Of a DNA stretch of 64,000 bases, positions 63,454 to 64,000 are shown piece after piece. Below the pieces are notes generated by a model. That model saw nothing but the letters and a program-made list of their open reading frames with translations. It ran no database searches and was not told the origin of the DNA. How positions within the stretch are numbered: the stretch's first letter is position 1; each line of letters begins with the position of its first letter. Made by a program: the position numbers and the translations under genes. This DNA comes from an uncultured Verrucomicrobiae bacterium. GTDB lineage: Bacteria; Verrucomicrobiota; Verrucomicrobiia; Chthoniobacterales; UBA10450. The stretch is from assembly GCA_963815455.1 (NCBI GenBank), contig CAWFGO010000003.1, positions 224,001 through 288,000 of the forward strand, written 5' to 3'.

Positions 63454-64000
63454 TCATCGCGCCAGCGCATCCGATTGCTTCACGAACTCATCCCCGCTCC
63501 ATTCGCTGTCGGCCTTGACCATTTTTTTGGCTTCGGCTGCGGCTTTATCTTTGTCTTTGCGCTCCCTTTGCATGCGCACGAGTTCGGCATGGGTGGTGAA
63601 GTAATCGAGACTCTTGCCTTTGAAGTCGTGCAGTGTTTCAAACTTGTGCTTCTCCATGAACGCGAGCAACTCGTCACACATCCGTTTCACGCATTCATAA
63701 CCGAATTTCATTACGCCGGTGCAGACTTGGGTCGTGTCGGCGCCGAGCAAGATGAATTGCGCCGCATCGCTGCCACTTTCGATCCCGCCGATTCCGGAAA
63801 GACTGCGTCCTGGAAATTCTCGCCGGATCATGGTGGCGATCTCCATCACCATACGCAGCGCGATCGGTCGAACCGCTTTGCACGAATAGCCGCCTGGCGT
63901 GGTATGGCCTTCGACACTCGGCTCGGGGCGCAACGTGTCGAGATTCACCCCCATGACGCTCCGAATGGTGTTAATTGCGCTCACCCCCTGGCAGCCCGCG
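63454..64000 (-). CDS. preA: Dihydropyrimidine dehydrogenase PreA-like subunit, 3' part
   Basis: SAINT, GGYS..AVRPIAL, SGIGGI, QVCTGVM. Confidence 0.9.
   Translation of the reverse strand, partial: AGCQGVSAINTIRSVMGVNLDTLRPEPSVEGHTTPGGYSCKAVRPIALRMVMEIATMIRREFPGRSLSGIGGIESGSDAAQFILLGADTTQVCTGVMKFGYECVKRMCDELLAFMEKHKFETLHDFKGKSLDYFTTHAELVRMQRERKDKDKAAAEAKKMVKADSEWSGDEFVKQSDALAR

Overview
This is bacterial chromosomal DNA, most likely Verrucomicrobiota/Chthoniobacterales (inferred from the protein families, not verified). Many conserved genes carry single-base frameshifts, probably long-read or assembly errors. From left to right the window holds holB-tmk, an EVE gene and a RAYT transposase flanked by REPINs; a deacetylase with a PHP-glycosyltransferase; upp; treZ and a glycogen debranching enzyme; an L,D-transpeptidase; an ECF sigma/anti-sigma pair; a Phe/Tyr catabolic cluster (phhA, hppD, hmgA) with an apparent tetrahydrobiopterin module (folE, a three-domain PTPS, an SDR); accessory genes; pfkA; tRNA-fMet and tRNA-Asn; and a ~24 kb purine plus pyrimidine catabolism supercluster interrupted by two toxin-antitoxin modules and a four-helix-bundle gene. 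The most unusual signal is a layered set of very small mobile-looking DNA elements. (1) An identical 20-mer occurs at three unrelated sites, one of them in-frame in a gene. (2) A 30-32 bp element is inserted without target duplication, three times at the same GTCG^A site of a host palindrome. (3) TCCCGA..TCGGGA mini-palindromes sit inside a sigma factor gene and inside tRNA relics. (4) tRNA-Asn-derived repeats separate single cargo genes. (5) A TA cassette is bracketed by a duplicated REPIN plus the hydA 3' end. (6) Inverted heptamer arrays occur both with and without a four-helix-bundle gene. (7) A 140 bp palindrome is translated as the linker of a fused xanthine dehydrogenase.
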